A stretch of 64,000 nucleotides of DNA from an uncultured Verrucomicrobiae bacterium (GCA_963846775.1 CAWJXB010000006.1:1702990-1766989), one strand, 5' to 3'. Shown: positions 47,701-56,725, counted from the stretch's first letter. Notes: a model not told the origin generated them from the sequence alone. Made by a program: numbers and translations.

Positions 47701-49762
47701 GCGAGGGTTCCGGATAGGCTTGTGAGACTTGCTGGAGAAGCTGCGCCAGTTGCTCACGCGTTTCGGTGCTGAGGTCCTGGCCGTTTTTGTGCCAGGCAGT
47801 CAGGCAAAGTTTGTCTTGCTTGAAAAAGGTCAGGCTCGAATCACCACAATGCAGCGACATTGCCACGAGCCCGCCAAGTCTTGTGTCTTCGAGGTGATTG
47901 TCGATCTTGTCGATCAGCGCTGGCGCGATGGAACAGATCCCTTCGGCCTGCAAATCGCCCGGGATGTTACCCGCCAGGCTGAGGCCGTCCGTGAACGAGA
48001 CGGTGCAACCGGCCACGCCAGTGAGACCACTGGCGCGAGCAATTGCGCGTTTGGCGTCGATCGCTTCCGCCTTGGCCGAGGCTCCGGCAGACGGTTCGAT
48101 CTTTTCTTCAGTTGGACGTTGGGCAGCCCGCCCCGTTTCTTTTTTTACGGGGTTGGGTGTCGGGCGTTGGGCGTTTTCTTTGCCACTCTGAAAACGTTTC
48201 GCGTCCTCCTCCGCTTTGAGCGAAAATGGCGTCTCGAATTTCTCGGTCACCGCTTCCTGTTCCTGGTCCGCGCGCACGCGCAGCGCCGTGACTGGAAACT
48301 GCTTCACGATTTCTGGCAACGGGAGCGTCACCGCTGTCTCGTTAGGATCAACCAGGAAGAGCGGCCGATACGCTTCGGGCACGGCCCGTTCGAAAATGCG
48401 CGCCGGGATACTAACGCGACCAGACGCCAACTGTGGCTCTATCATCGACGACGGAAATTCCACGCGCGCGTCTTCCGGAACGCTCATCGGGCTGCCGTTC
48501 AATTGAAATGGCGGCAACTCGCTCAGGACCGCCTGGAGCGACAAGATAATGTTGCGCTCGCCCTTTCCGCCTGGTGTCGGCGCGACCGGCTGCCTCGGGG
48601 ACGGCTCAGATTTTGCGGCAGGCTCGATCCCCGGCACGAGGGTAAACTTGGGGCGAATATCGTTGCTCGGCGCTTTAACCGCGAACGGAACCGGCGGAAG
48701 CGGCGGTTGATCGAGAGCGACTGTCTCGTTAGGCTTCTGCGCCGGGGCCGCGACGGCCGATTCAGGTTCAGACGCCGAAATTGGAACGGGCGGCCCGCTT
48801 GAGGCTGGAACTCTCTCAGCGGCGGGCGCGCCCGTCCCGTTCGGTGGAAGATGGAACGGAATCTCTCTGGCGGCCGGTGTGGCAATACCATCATCGGCGC
48901 GTGGGGTTTGCAGGGTCGCTGGAGGAGAAGCAGCGGGAGCTGAAGTAAGCGCTCCCAAATCCCGCAGCGAAATCTTTGGCCGGCGGGACCGTGTCGGAGT
49001 TTCCTCGGAAACCTTTTGCTTTGGTTTCGCTAATTGCAGAACGGCGGGTTCAGGCTCGGCTTCGGCGATTGTTTTCGCAATCGCGGGCTCCACTTTCATC
49101 GGCGGCTGCGTCGATGTTTGCAACGGCTCGATCTCGGTGCCAAAGCGCTCCGTGTCCTCGATCGTGACCTGCAAGATCGGCGTGTCGAGCTGGGGCAAAT
49201 TTTCATCGCGTTCTTGATCGTTGCGCACGTGAAAATTGTGGAATTGCTCGAGCACTTTCGCATAGGGAAGCGGGACCGGAGTGGCGTCTCCTGGCGCGAC
49301 GACGTTGACAAAAATTTCCGGCGCCTGTTCATAGATGCTCGCCAGTGGCACACTCGGCTTGCCCTTAGCCATGCCCTTTTCGATCTCCGATGCCATGAGA
49401 ACAATGGTGCGCGCGGCATCAATTTCCTTGGTTGGTTTAATGGCGGTGTTCGGCAACTGATCCAGAATGTCAGACACTTGGAGAGAAATGGTGCGTCGGA
49501 TTTCCGCTTCGGGAGTGCGTTCATTCAGGGGCCGAGCCGTCAAGGGGTCGAGTGCACGAGCGGAGTTCTTCGCCCCCAGAAACGGATCGGACCCGCTCCC
49601 TGGGCGGTTCGCGCTCGGCATCACCGTCTTACTCAAACGCTGATCCTTTGACTTCACTGCCCGCACCATCGGTGGTGCCGCCGGCTTGCTTTTCCCGAAT
49701 GGAAAAAAACGCGCCTTCGCTTTAATGACAAGATCGACAAACGGCAGGTTCATAACGCTCAC
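47687..49762 (-). CDS. Pro/Ala-rich 691-aa protein with internally duplicated motif and C-terminal roadblock/LC7-like domain
   Basis: Low-complexity Pro-rich central region. A ~35-aa motif occurs twice (IYEQAPEIFVNVVAPGDATPVPLPYAKVLEQF and IFERAVPEAYRPLFLVDPNETAVTLPLPEIVKQF). The last ~120 aa resemble a roadblock fold. Confidence 0.6.
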   Translation of the reverse strand: MSVMNLPFVDLVIKAKARFFPFGKSKPAAPPMVRAVKSKDQRLSKTVMPSANRPGSGSDPFLGAKNSARALDPLTARPLNERTPEAEIRRTISLQVSDILDQLPNTAIKPTKEIDAARTIVLMASEIEKGMAKGKPSVPLASIYEQAPEIFVNVVAPGDATPVPLPYAKVLEQFHNFHVRNDQERDENLPQLDTPILQVTIEDTERFGTEIEPLQTSTQPPMKVEPAIAKTIAEAEPEPAVLQLAKPKQKVSEETPTRSRRPKISLRDLGALTSAPAASPPATLQTPRADDGIATPAAREIPFHLPPNGTGAPAAERVPASSGPPVPISASEPESAVAAPAQKPNETVALDQPPLPPVPFAVKAPSNDIRPKFTLVPGIEPAAKSEPSPRQPVAPTPGGKGERNIILSLQAVLSELPPFQLNGSPMSVPEDARVEFPSSMIEPQLASGRVSIPARIFERAVPEAYRPLFLVDPNETAVTLPLPEIVKQFPVTALRVRADQEQEAVTEKFETPFSLKAEEDAKRFQSGKENAQRPTPNPVKKETGRAAQRPTEEKIEPSAGASAKAEAIDAKRAIARASGLTGVAGCTVSFTDGLSLAGNIPGDLQAEGICSIAPALIDKIDNHLEDTRLGGLVAMSLHCGDSSLTFFKQDKLCLTAWHKNGQDLSTETREQLAQLLQQVSQAYPEPSHVDR
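48131..48178. repeat. 35-bp hairpin repeat, copy inside Pro-rich protein coding sequence
   Basis: ccccgtttctttttttacggggttgggtgtcgggcgttgggcgttttct; encodes ...NPVKKETG... on the minus strand. Confidence 0.6.
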
Positions 49763-51477
49763 TGGTCCTCCGCCGTAACGCGCCAGACTTCTTCCAGCGT
49801 GGTGATACCTTCCAGCGCCTTCTCGATTCCAACCTTGCGCAATGTTTTCATTCCTTCGTTCATCGCCTGGTTCTTAATAACCGCAGCCGAAGCGCGTTTA
49901 ATGACGAGCCGCCGGATCGTTTCCGTCACGGTCAGCGCCTCGATAATGGCGACGCGTCCCACATAGCCGCGGCCCTTGCACCGATCACATCCGGAGCCGC
50001 GATAAAAAACTGTATTCTCTCGATCTCGCAGGGCGAGCCGCTCGAGCAGCTCCGGCTCGGGCTTGAATTCATCTTTGCAGTTGGGGCAGACTCGCCTAAC
50101 GAGACGCTGGGCGCAGGTCATGAGAATGGAGCTGGAAATCAAGAACGGCTCGATCCCCATGTCGTCCAGGCGGGTGATCGCACCAGCCGCGTCGTTCGTG
50201 TGGAGCGTGCTTAACACCTGGTGACCGGTCAACGCCGCTTTGACCGCGATGTCGGCAGTCTCGTTGTCACGAATTTCTCCCACCATCACGATGTCGGGAT
50301 CCTGTCGCAGGATCGAGCGAAGCGCGGATGAAAAATCCAAACCGATGTCGCTGCGTACGGCGACCTGGTTCACCCCCATCAGCTCGTATTCGATCGGGTC
50401 TTCCACCGTCACGATGTTGTATTGTGGATTGTTCAGCTCGTGCAGAACGGAGTAAAGCGTCGTGGTTTTGCCCGAACCAGTCGGGCCCGTCACCAGGATC
50501 ATTCCGTGCGGCGCATCGATCGCTTTGCGGAATTTCTCCAGAGTTTCCTGGTCCATGCCTAACTGATCGATCCCGCCGGAAAGGGATGTCTTATCCAGAA
50601 TACGAATCACAATTTTCTCGCCGTGCGCCGTTGGCAGAATCGAGATACGAAGATCGACATCTTTGCCCATGACCCGGACCCGGAAACGCCCATCCTGCGG
50701 CAGACGGCGCTCCGCGATATTCAGCCCGGCCAAAATTTTCATGCGCGAAGTGATGGCAAGCTGAAGCGCTTTCGGCGGCGACTCGGCCGGGAGCAGCTCG
50801 CCATCGACACGGTAACGCAATTTCAGCGCCGTATGGAACGGTTCGATGTGAATGTCTGACGCTTTTTCCTTCACGGCCTGCGCCAGGATCAAATTCACCA
50901 TCTTAATCACGGGCGCGTCGTCGCCGTCGGTCGCCAGACGCTCCAGATCGATCTCTTCGTGTTTGGCCACGTGCACTTTCACGTCGGACGCCTGCACCGC
51001 CGCTTCGGCCGCTTTCTTCAACGCCTGGCTCATGTTGCCGACGCCGTGAATCCCGCTCAGCATTTCGGTGACCGCTTTCTCGGTGGCGATCATCGGGACG
51101 ATCTCGAGCTGGACGCGACGCTTCAGGTCGTCCATGGCCAACACGTTGGTCGGATCGGCCATGGCGACGAAGAGTTTGCCGTTTAAGCGCGCGATCGGCA
51201 CTAACTTGTTCGTCTTGGCCATCTCCCGCGGCACCAGCGCCGTAATCTCTTCGGGCACACGCACCTTTGTCAGGTTCACGGGCGGCGTATTCAGGCACCG
51301 GCCCGTGCTGAACGCCATGTCCTGTTCAGTGACGAATTGTCGTTCCGTCAGGATCTTCAGCAACCGGCCACCCTCGGCTTTTTGAATGTCGAGCGCCTCG
51401 CGCAATTGCGCCGGCAAAAGCAGTCCGTCCTCAATCAGGACGTCGGCGATGCGCTCTCCAAAAGATTTCGTTTTCAT
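49759..51477 (-). CDS. pilB: GspE/PilB-family secretion ATPase (type IV pilus assembly ATPase-like)
   Basis: N-terminal T2SSE_N domain, Walker A GPTGSGKTT, Asp/His boxes, tetracysteine CPNC...CDRC. Start at the internal ATG (MKTKSFGER). Confidence 0.88.
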   Translation of the reverse strand: MKTKSFGERIADVLIEDGLLLPAQLREALDIQKAEGGRLLKILTERQFVTEQDMAFSTGRCLNTPPVNLTKVRVPEEITALVPREMAKTNKLVPIARLNGKLFVAMADPTNVLAMDDLKRRVQLEIVPMIATEKAVTEMLSGIHGVGNMSQALKKAAEAAVQASDVKVHVAKHEEIDLERLATDGDDAPVIKMVNLILAQAVKEKASDIHIEPFHTALKLRYRVDGELLPAESPPKALQLAITSRMKILAGLNIAERRLPQDGRFRVRVMGKDVDLRISILPTAHGEKIVIRILDKTSLSGGIDQLGMDQETLEKFRKAIDAPHGMILVTGPTGSGKTTTLYSVLHELNNPQYNIVTVEDPIEYELMGVNQVAVRSDIGLDFSSALRSILRQDPDIVMVGEIRDNETADIAVKAALTGHQVLSTLHTNDAAGAITRLDDMGIEPFLISSSILMTCAQRLVRRVCPNCKDEFKPEPELLERLALRDRENTVFYRGSGCDRCKGRGYVGRVAIIEALTVTETIRRLVIKRASAAVIKNQAMNEGMKTLRKVGIEKALEGITTLEEVWRVTAEDQ

Positions 51478-52373
51478 GACCCCGGCGAACCCTTGGCCGA
51501 ATCGAGCCGGTAAATTCCCTGCAACGTCTTCACAATGGCCGACGGCCGGGCCAGGTACCACATCACGGTGTAATCGACCGATTGCTGCACCGCTTCGCGC
51601 CCGGCGGCATCGAACGGATTGCAGCACGCCACCATCATCGTTCGGCTAACTAGATCGAACGGCGCGAAGAGCCGGCCCAGCGTGAGGTGTTCCGGCAACA
51701 TCGGCGCGATTTGCCGGTCCACATCGTAATACTCGAGCGGCACGTAAGCGAACTTGGTTCGGTCGATCAGGGCCGAAAGGATTTTTTCCGACTTCTCGAT
51801 ATTATCCTTGCACAAATGGTCTAACAATGAGGCTGCGATCGTTTGTGGCGGCAGTTCCTTGTTCATTTGGTCCACCGCTTTCACCGCCGGTTTCACTTCC
51901 TCTTCCGGGAAGAGTTGTTGAACGATGAGAAATTTTGCGAGCTGATCGGTGCCGCGTTCGTGCAAACTGCTGACTTTACCAACGTTAGCGCCCGGAACGA
52001 TATCGATCAACGCGCCCTCCGCTTCGCCGGCGCCATTGGGGCCGGCCGATTTCGCCGCTGTCGCGCCTGCGGCCTGCAAGCGGGCCTCGATCTCGCCCAA
52101 CATCGCCAGGATGTCGGGCGCGTTCGGTTCTTTCCCAAGCACAACCTCGCATTCCTGCATCGCGTGGGCGTACGAACCCGCGGCGAAATACGCCTCCGCC
52201 AGCCGGCGAGACGTACGCAAAGAATCGGCGTCTCGACCGACTTTCCGGTAAGCCTCCTTCAGAATTTCCAGCGATTGATAGTCGTCGGGTTGGGTTTGAG
52301 TAATTGCCTCAAACATCTCGATCGTCTGGACGATCTGTGTATGTTCTTGTTTCGACAGACTGTGTCCCAGCAC
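51474..52373 (-). CDS. stand-alone GspE-N (T2SSE_N)-like domain protein with TPR-like N-terminus
   Basis: C-terminal ~100 aa (LLDHLCKD...YVPLEYYDVD...LGRLFAPFDLVSRTMMVACCNPFD) resemble the N-terminal domain of PilB/GspE ATPases. 4-bp overlap with pilB. Confidence 0.5.
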   Translation of the reverse strand: MLGHSLSKQEHTQIVQTIEMFEAITQTQPDDYQSLEILKEAYRKVGRDADSLRTSRRLAEAYFAAGSYAHAMQECEVVLGKEPNAPDILAMLGEIEARLQAAGATAAKSAGPNGAGEAEGALIDIVPGANVGKVSSLHERGTDQLAKFLIVQQLFPEEEVKPAVKAVDQMNKELPPQTIAASLLDHLCKDNIEKSEKILSALIDRTKFAYVPLEYYDVDRQIAPMLPEHLTLGRLFAPFDLVSRTMMVACCNPFDAAGREAVQQSVDYTVMWYLARPSAIVKTLQGIYRLDSAKGSPGS

Positions 52374-52494
52374 GTCGCCCTAAAAAAGCTAGAAATATGC
52401 CCCTCGCTCGCTATCGCGACCGAAAAGGAGTGGAATTACACAAATTACCTATAATCCGGGGCATCCTCTTTCCTGATTGTTCGTGAAATTGGCG

Positions 52495-52570
52495 TTAAAA
52501 AAGTCGGAAAAAACAACCTTTTCTCCGAAATTTAGCAAAAAGGGGCGCTGCAATTCGAAAAGGAAGAAGA
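52495..52570 (+). promoter_or_regulatory. conserved ~75-bp upstream element (copy 1, before PMT-like TPR gene)
   Basis: ttaaaaaagtcggaaaaaacaaccttttctccgaaatttagcaaaaaggggcgctgcaattcgaaaaggaagaag; ~75% identical to 54681-54757. Confidence 0.55.
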
Positions 52571-52598
52571 AGTGTCCGCGGTTGCCAAAGCCTGGTCT

Positions 52599-52674
52599 GT
52601 AGCGGCGCGTCTATGACCGTCGCCATCTCTCAGCCCTCCAGTTTGCGACGGTCGCAGACTGCCGCTACAATCGC
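52599..52674. repeat. REP-like pair inserted in 5' leader of the PMT-like TPR gene
   Basis: gtagcggcgcgtctatgaccgtcgcc - 20-bp spacer - tgcgacggtcgcagactgccgctacaatcgc. Confidence 0.7.
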
Positions 52675-52692
52675 TCGCAGGGTGCCTTTGCC

Positions 52693-54561
52693 ATGAACTT
52701 AACCGGGTTGCGGCAGCATACTCGTTGCGCCGCTTTATTGATCGCGCTTGCCGTATTGCCGTACCTACAGACCCTCAGTCACGATTTCATCAACTACGAC
52801 GATAATCTATATGTCACCGAGAACCATCATGTCCAACAAGGCCTGACCTTGCCCGCAATCTCGTGGGCGTTTACCACATTCAAAGGCGGCAACTGGCATC
52901 CCCTGACGTGGCTCTCGCACATGCTGGACATAAACATCTGGGACGGATGGCCGGGCGGGCATCATCTCACGAACGTCGCGCTCCACGCCGCAAATACACT
53001 GTTGTTATTCCTGATTCTACTGGAAATGACCGGTGGCCTCTGGCGGAGCGCTCTGGTCGGCGCTCTTTTTGCCGTGCATCCGCTCCATGTGGAATCGGTT
53101 GCCTGGATTGCCGAACGCAAAGACGTCCTCAGCACTTTTTTTGGCTTGCTTGCTCTCTGGGCTTATCTCGCATATACGCGCCGGCCCTCAGCCAAACAAT
53201 ATTTGGCCATGACCGGTTTTTTCATTCTCAGCCTGATGGCGAAACCGATGCTGGTCACTTTCCCCTTTCTGCTTTTGTTGCTTGATGTCTGGCCACTAAA
53301 ACGATGGAGGCTCGGTCCAGTCGATAGCGAAGGCCGCAGAAGCCATCTCGCCAATGGTAGGGACGGCTCGCCGGTCGATCCGCATCGAGTGTCCCACGAT
53401 GCGGCAATAAAACGCGCTATTCTGGAGAAACTTCCGCTGTTCGTCGTCGCTGCGATGTTCAGTGTGATCGCCATCGTCTCACAACGCGGCACGGGGGCCC
53501 TCGGCGGGCTTGTCGCGTTTCCGCTTTCAACTCGGATCGTCAACGCCTTTGTCGGATACGCGTTGTATCTCGAAAAGCTGGTCGCGCCCGTGAATCTGGC
53601 GGTTTTCTATCCACATCCTGGTCACTGGCCGATGCTTCAAGTCGCGGTGAGTGTTGCCATCCTGTTGGGGATTACCGTCGTTGCCATCTGGCAGCGAGGT
53701 CGGCGGCCATGGCTGCTGATCGGCTGGTTGTGGTTTGTTGGAATGCTCGTTCCAGTAATCGGTTTGATCCAGATCGGTATGCAATCGATCGCCGATCGAT
53801 ATACCTATTTCCCGGCGATCGGCGCTTTCATAATGATCGCGTGGAGCATTCCCGCTGCGATGCCGCCGATGGCAAAGCGCGCGGTGATCGGCGCGGCATG
53901 CATCTGCATTCTTGGCCTAACAATAATGACATGGCGCCAGATTTCCTACTGGCAAAATAGCCGGACGCTCTTTACTCACGCTCTTGCGGTCACGCGCGGT
54001 AATTTCATCGCACACCAAAATCTTGGGAGTGTCTTCGAAGGGGATGGGAACCTCAACGCTGCGCTCGAACAATACCGCTGGGCCGCCAGCGAATTCCCAG
54101 GATACGGAAGGATTCACGAAAACATCGGGAACGTCTTGCTGAAACAGGGCCGTTATCCGGAAGCGTTAGCAGAATTTAAGAGCGCCATCGATCTCGACCC
54201 GCATTCCTCAAGTGCCTTCAACAGCATCGGATCTATCGCGCTCATGAATCAGCAATACGACGATGCGGCGAAGTACTTCCGACGCGCTGTTGAGCTCGAC
54301 CCCGATAACGTTCCCGCGCACATTAACTTCGGCACATCCTTGGTAAAGCTTGGCCGATACGATCAAGCGATTGCGCAATTGGCTCCGATCACGCGAGCGG
54401 AGCCAAAGCGTATTGTGGCCAGAACGAACCTCGCTCGCGCTCTGGCCGGTCGTGGGAATGTCGATCAAGCCATCGCCGAATTGCACCAAATTCTTCAGAT
54501 GCAGCCCGAGTACGCTCCGGCCCGCGAAGCTCTGCAAGAGATTCAAATCAATCGACGATAA
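52693..54561 (+). CDS. PMT-like (DUF1736-type) membrane glycosyltransferase with C-terminal TPR repeats
   Basis: Conserved N-terminal FINYDDNLYVTEN...GLT motif, ~11 TM helices, then 5-6 TPR repeats, 622 aa. Confidence 0.8.
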   Translation: MNLTGLRQHTRCAALLIALAVLPYLQTLSHDFINYDDNLYVTENHHVQQGLTLPAISWAFTTFKGGNWHPLTWLSHMLDINIWDGWPGGHHLTNVALHAANTLLLFLILLEMTGGLWRSALVGALFAVHPLHVESVAWIAERKDVLSTFFGLLALWAYLAYTRRPSAKQYLAMTGFFILSLMAKPMLVTFPFLLLLLDVWPLKRWRLGPVDSEGRRSHLANGRDGSPVDPHRVSHDAAIKRAILEKLPLFVVAAMFSVIAIVSQRGTGALGGLVAFPLSTRIVNAFVGYALYLEKLVAPVNLAVFYPHPGHWPMLQVAVSVAILLGITVVAIWQRGRRPWLLIGWLWFVGMLVPVIGLIQIGMQSIADRYTYFPAIGAFIMIAWSIPAAMPPMAKRAVIGAACICILGLTIMTWRQISYWQNSRTLFTHALAVTRGNFIAHQNLGSVFEGDGNLNAALEQYRWAASEFPGYGRIHENIGNVLLKQGRYPEALAEFKSAIDLDPHSSSAFNSIGSIALMNQQYDDAAKYFRRAVELDPDNVPAHINFGTSLVKLGRYDQAIAQLAPITRAEPKRIVARTNLARALAGRGNVDQAIAELHQILQMQPEYAPAREALQEIQINRR

Positions 54562-54680
54562 TTTTGCCGGGCATTTGCCCGCGCATTGAATAACTCTCAC
54601 GTTTCCCGCCACGCCATGGGTCTTTCCGAGAAGAGCAGTTGGCGCAGGGTCGGTCGCGCCCGCAATTTCCACTCAAAATT

Positions 54681-54757
54681 TTCAAAAAAGGGTGGAAAAA
54701 GCTTGACCTTTTATCCGAAATCTATCAAAACGGACGCTGTAATTCTAACGAGGAGAA
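54681..54757 (+). promoter_or_regulatory. conserved ~75-bp upstream element (copy 2, before PEP-CTERM gene)
   Basis: ttcaaaaaagggtggaaaaagcttgaccttttatccgaaatctatcaaaacggacgctgtaattctaacgaggagaa; ends in RBS 5 nt before the ATG. Confidence 0.55.
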
Positions 54758-54761
54758 TATT

Positions 54762-55445
54762 ATGAGCCCAGAAAACCGAAAACTGAGTCCCCGTATTGAC
54801 GGTCGTTTGGCCGCGTATGCAACCCTGGCAGGTGCCGCCTTAGCCGCGCCGGCTGTCCCGAACGCTGATGCCACTATCGTTTACAGCGGAATCGTCAACT
54901 TTAATATCCCGAGCACGACGGCTGGCATTTATTTGAACGTCGTCACTGGCGTCACCTCGACGACTCCCGCCGGCGCTCCCGGCTGGGACCTGAACCCATG
55001 GAGCAGCAGCTCCCTCGAAATCTGGGGAAATAATTCCGCCAGCCCTAATGATGGTGTTCTGGACAACTTCACGGGAGGCGCAGCTGGTTCAGTCGATAAT
55101 CTTCCGGTTGGAGCTGTCATCGACGCCTCGTGGAACTATGGCAGAACCGATTCTACGGTTGAAACGTCCGGCCCCACTGCCTTTAATCTCAACAGCAGCA
55201 ACAACATTTTTGGATTCCGGTTCTTGAACGAATCTACCGGTGTATATGACTTCGGCTGGGCGCGGGTTTCGCTTTCCGGGACCTTAGGCGGCCAGCCACG
55301 GGCGATTGTGGAGTATGCCTACGAGGACACGGGCGCGGCAATTATGGCCGGCCAAGTTCCAGAGCCTTCTACCATGGCTCTGCTGGGCGTGATGGCAGCA
55401 GGTGCACTTGGCGTGCGCGCCTGGCGCAAGAGTAAGAAGTCGTAA
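54762..55445 (+). CDS. PEP-CTERM sorting-domain protein
   Basis: Signal peptide. C-terminus VPEPSTMALLGVMAAGALGVRAWRKSKKS is the PEP motif + TM + basic tail. AGGAGA RBS 7 nt upstream. Confidence 0.85.
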   Translation: MSPENRKLSPRIDGRLAAYATLAGAALAAPAVPNADATIVYSGIVNFNIPSTTAGIYLNVVTGVTSTTPAGAPGWDLNPWSSSSLEIWGNNSASPNDGVLDNFTGGAAGSVDNLPVGAVIDASWNYGRTDSTVETSGPTAFNLNSSNNIFGFRFLNESTGVYDFGWARVSLSGTLGGQPRAIVEYAYEDTGAAIMAGQVPEPSTMALLGVMAAGALGVRAWRKSKKS

Positions 55446-55477
55446 TCCACGGGCTATTTCGTTTCTTTCTCCAAGGA

Positions 55478-55519
55478 GCCCGCGCGGACGTGAGTGTCGC
55501 GCGGGCTTCTGTTTTTCTG
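55478..55519 (+). terminator. Rho-independent terminator downstream of PEP-CTERM gene
   Basis: agcccgcgcg-gacgtgagtgt-cgcgcgggct stem-loop (10-bp GC stem) followed by tctgtttttct. Confidence 0.7.
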
Positions 55520-55640
55520 GGAGAGCGCCCTGCCTGCCTTCGGCAGAAAAGGCGAACGCCCGCCACGGGTACTAGCGGCCGGTACATATAGGATCGACAA
55601 TCGATTTGCCGATGTAACGATGTAACCATTCAACGACGAT

Positions 55641-56330
55641 ATGAAGGTCTCTGTTGTCATCCCATGCTTCAACGAACGCGACACGATCGAACGAATCATT
55701 GACGCGGTGCGCAGAGCACCGCTGGCAGATCGCGAAATCATCGTGGTGGATGACGGCTCAAACGATGGAACGACGTCCGTTCTGAAGGAGCGAATCACGC
55801 CTCTGGTGGATCGCATTATCTATCAACGTGGCAACCAGGGGAAAGGCGCCGCTCTCCGGGCCGGGTTCGCTGCCGCCAGCGGTGAGGTGATTCTCGTGCA
55901 GGATGCCGACCTCGAATACGACCCGGCGGAGTATCCCATTCTGCTTGAGCCTATCTTTTCCGGCGAAGCGGATGCGGTTTTCGGCTCGCGCTTCATGGGC
56001 GGCGGGCCGCATCGCGTTCTATATTTCTGGCACATGGTTGGAAACAAGTTCCTCACGCTGCTCTCAAACATGTTTACAAATCTCAACCTCACGGATGTGG
56101 AAACCGGCTCTAAAGCCTTTCGCGCATCAGTACTTAAGACGCTGGACTTGAGTGAGGACCGCTTCGGATTCGAGGTGGAGATCGCGGCGAAACTGGCTAA
56201 AACGCGCTGCCGGATTTATGAAGTCGGCGTTTCCTACAGCGGCCGCACATACCTTGAGGGGAAGAAAGTGAATTGGAAAGATGGGGTCCACGCGATCTAC
56301 GCCATTCTGCGTTACAATTTGCTTCCATGA
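55641..56330 (+). CDS. GT2 polyprenol-phosphate glycosyltransferase (Ppm1/DPM1/GtrB-like)
   Basis: 229 aa soluble GT-A (VVIPCFNE, DDGSNDGT, QDADLE DxD). Confidence 0.85.
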   Translation: MKVSVVIPCFNERDTIERIIDAVRRAPLADREIIVVDDGSNDGTTSVLKERITPLVDRIIYQRGNQGKGAALRAGFAAASGEVILVQDADLEYDPAEYPILLEPIFSGEADAVFGSRFMGGGPHRVLYFWHMVGNKFLTLLSNMFTNLNLTDVETGSKAFRASVLKTLDLSEDRFGFEVEIAAKLAKTRCRIYEVGVSYSGRTYLEGKKVNWKDGVHAIYAILRYNLLP

Positions 56331-56692
56331 GAGGAAATCATTCGTGCGGATTCATCGCCGCTCTTGCCGGCGCACACCAAAGCGACGGACCTCGTTGACG
56401 CAGCCCACGCAAGGGGAATAATCCCACTATGACTCTCACCGCTTGACGGTAAGAAGCGCGGCGTGCTGCCTGGAGCAAAGCCGGGAGGCGTTTTCGCCTG
56501 CGAGCAAAAGGCGAATACAATTCTTCTGCGCCGCGTTCACCGAACCGTCTCGCGCAAGAAATTGACCAAGGCACAGGCGCTCAAGGCAGTCCGCGGTTGG
56601 AAAGCGTTGCGCGGCGTGAAGTGGGAAGAACTGCGCGCCAGAGAGTCTTGATTCGGCTCAATCGAACTTATCGAGCCGCCGCTTTCATGAGT

Positions 56693-56725
56693 TTGCGACG
56701 GTCACAGACCGCCGCTACAATCGCC
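56693..56725. repeat. REP-like palindromic unit (forward)
   Basis: tgcgacggtcacagaccgccgctacaatcgcc; identical core to the 3841 copy. Confidence 0.7.

Noticed and set aside
54690-54730. sigma-54 (-24/-12) reading of TGGAAAAAGCTTGAC in the conserved upstream element
   Set aside because: GG-to-GC spacing is one nt short, and the paralogous copy at 52510 lacks the TTGC element.
56463-56651. 62-aa Lys/Arg-rich ORF in the 476-bp gap
   Set aside because: GTG start, no RBS, overlaps an equally weak opposite-strand ORF, no recognisable fold. Kept only as a note in findings.
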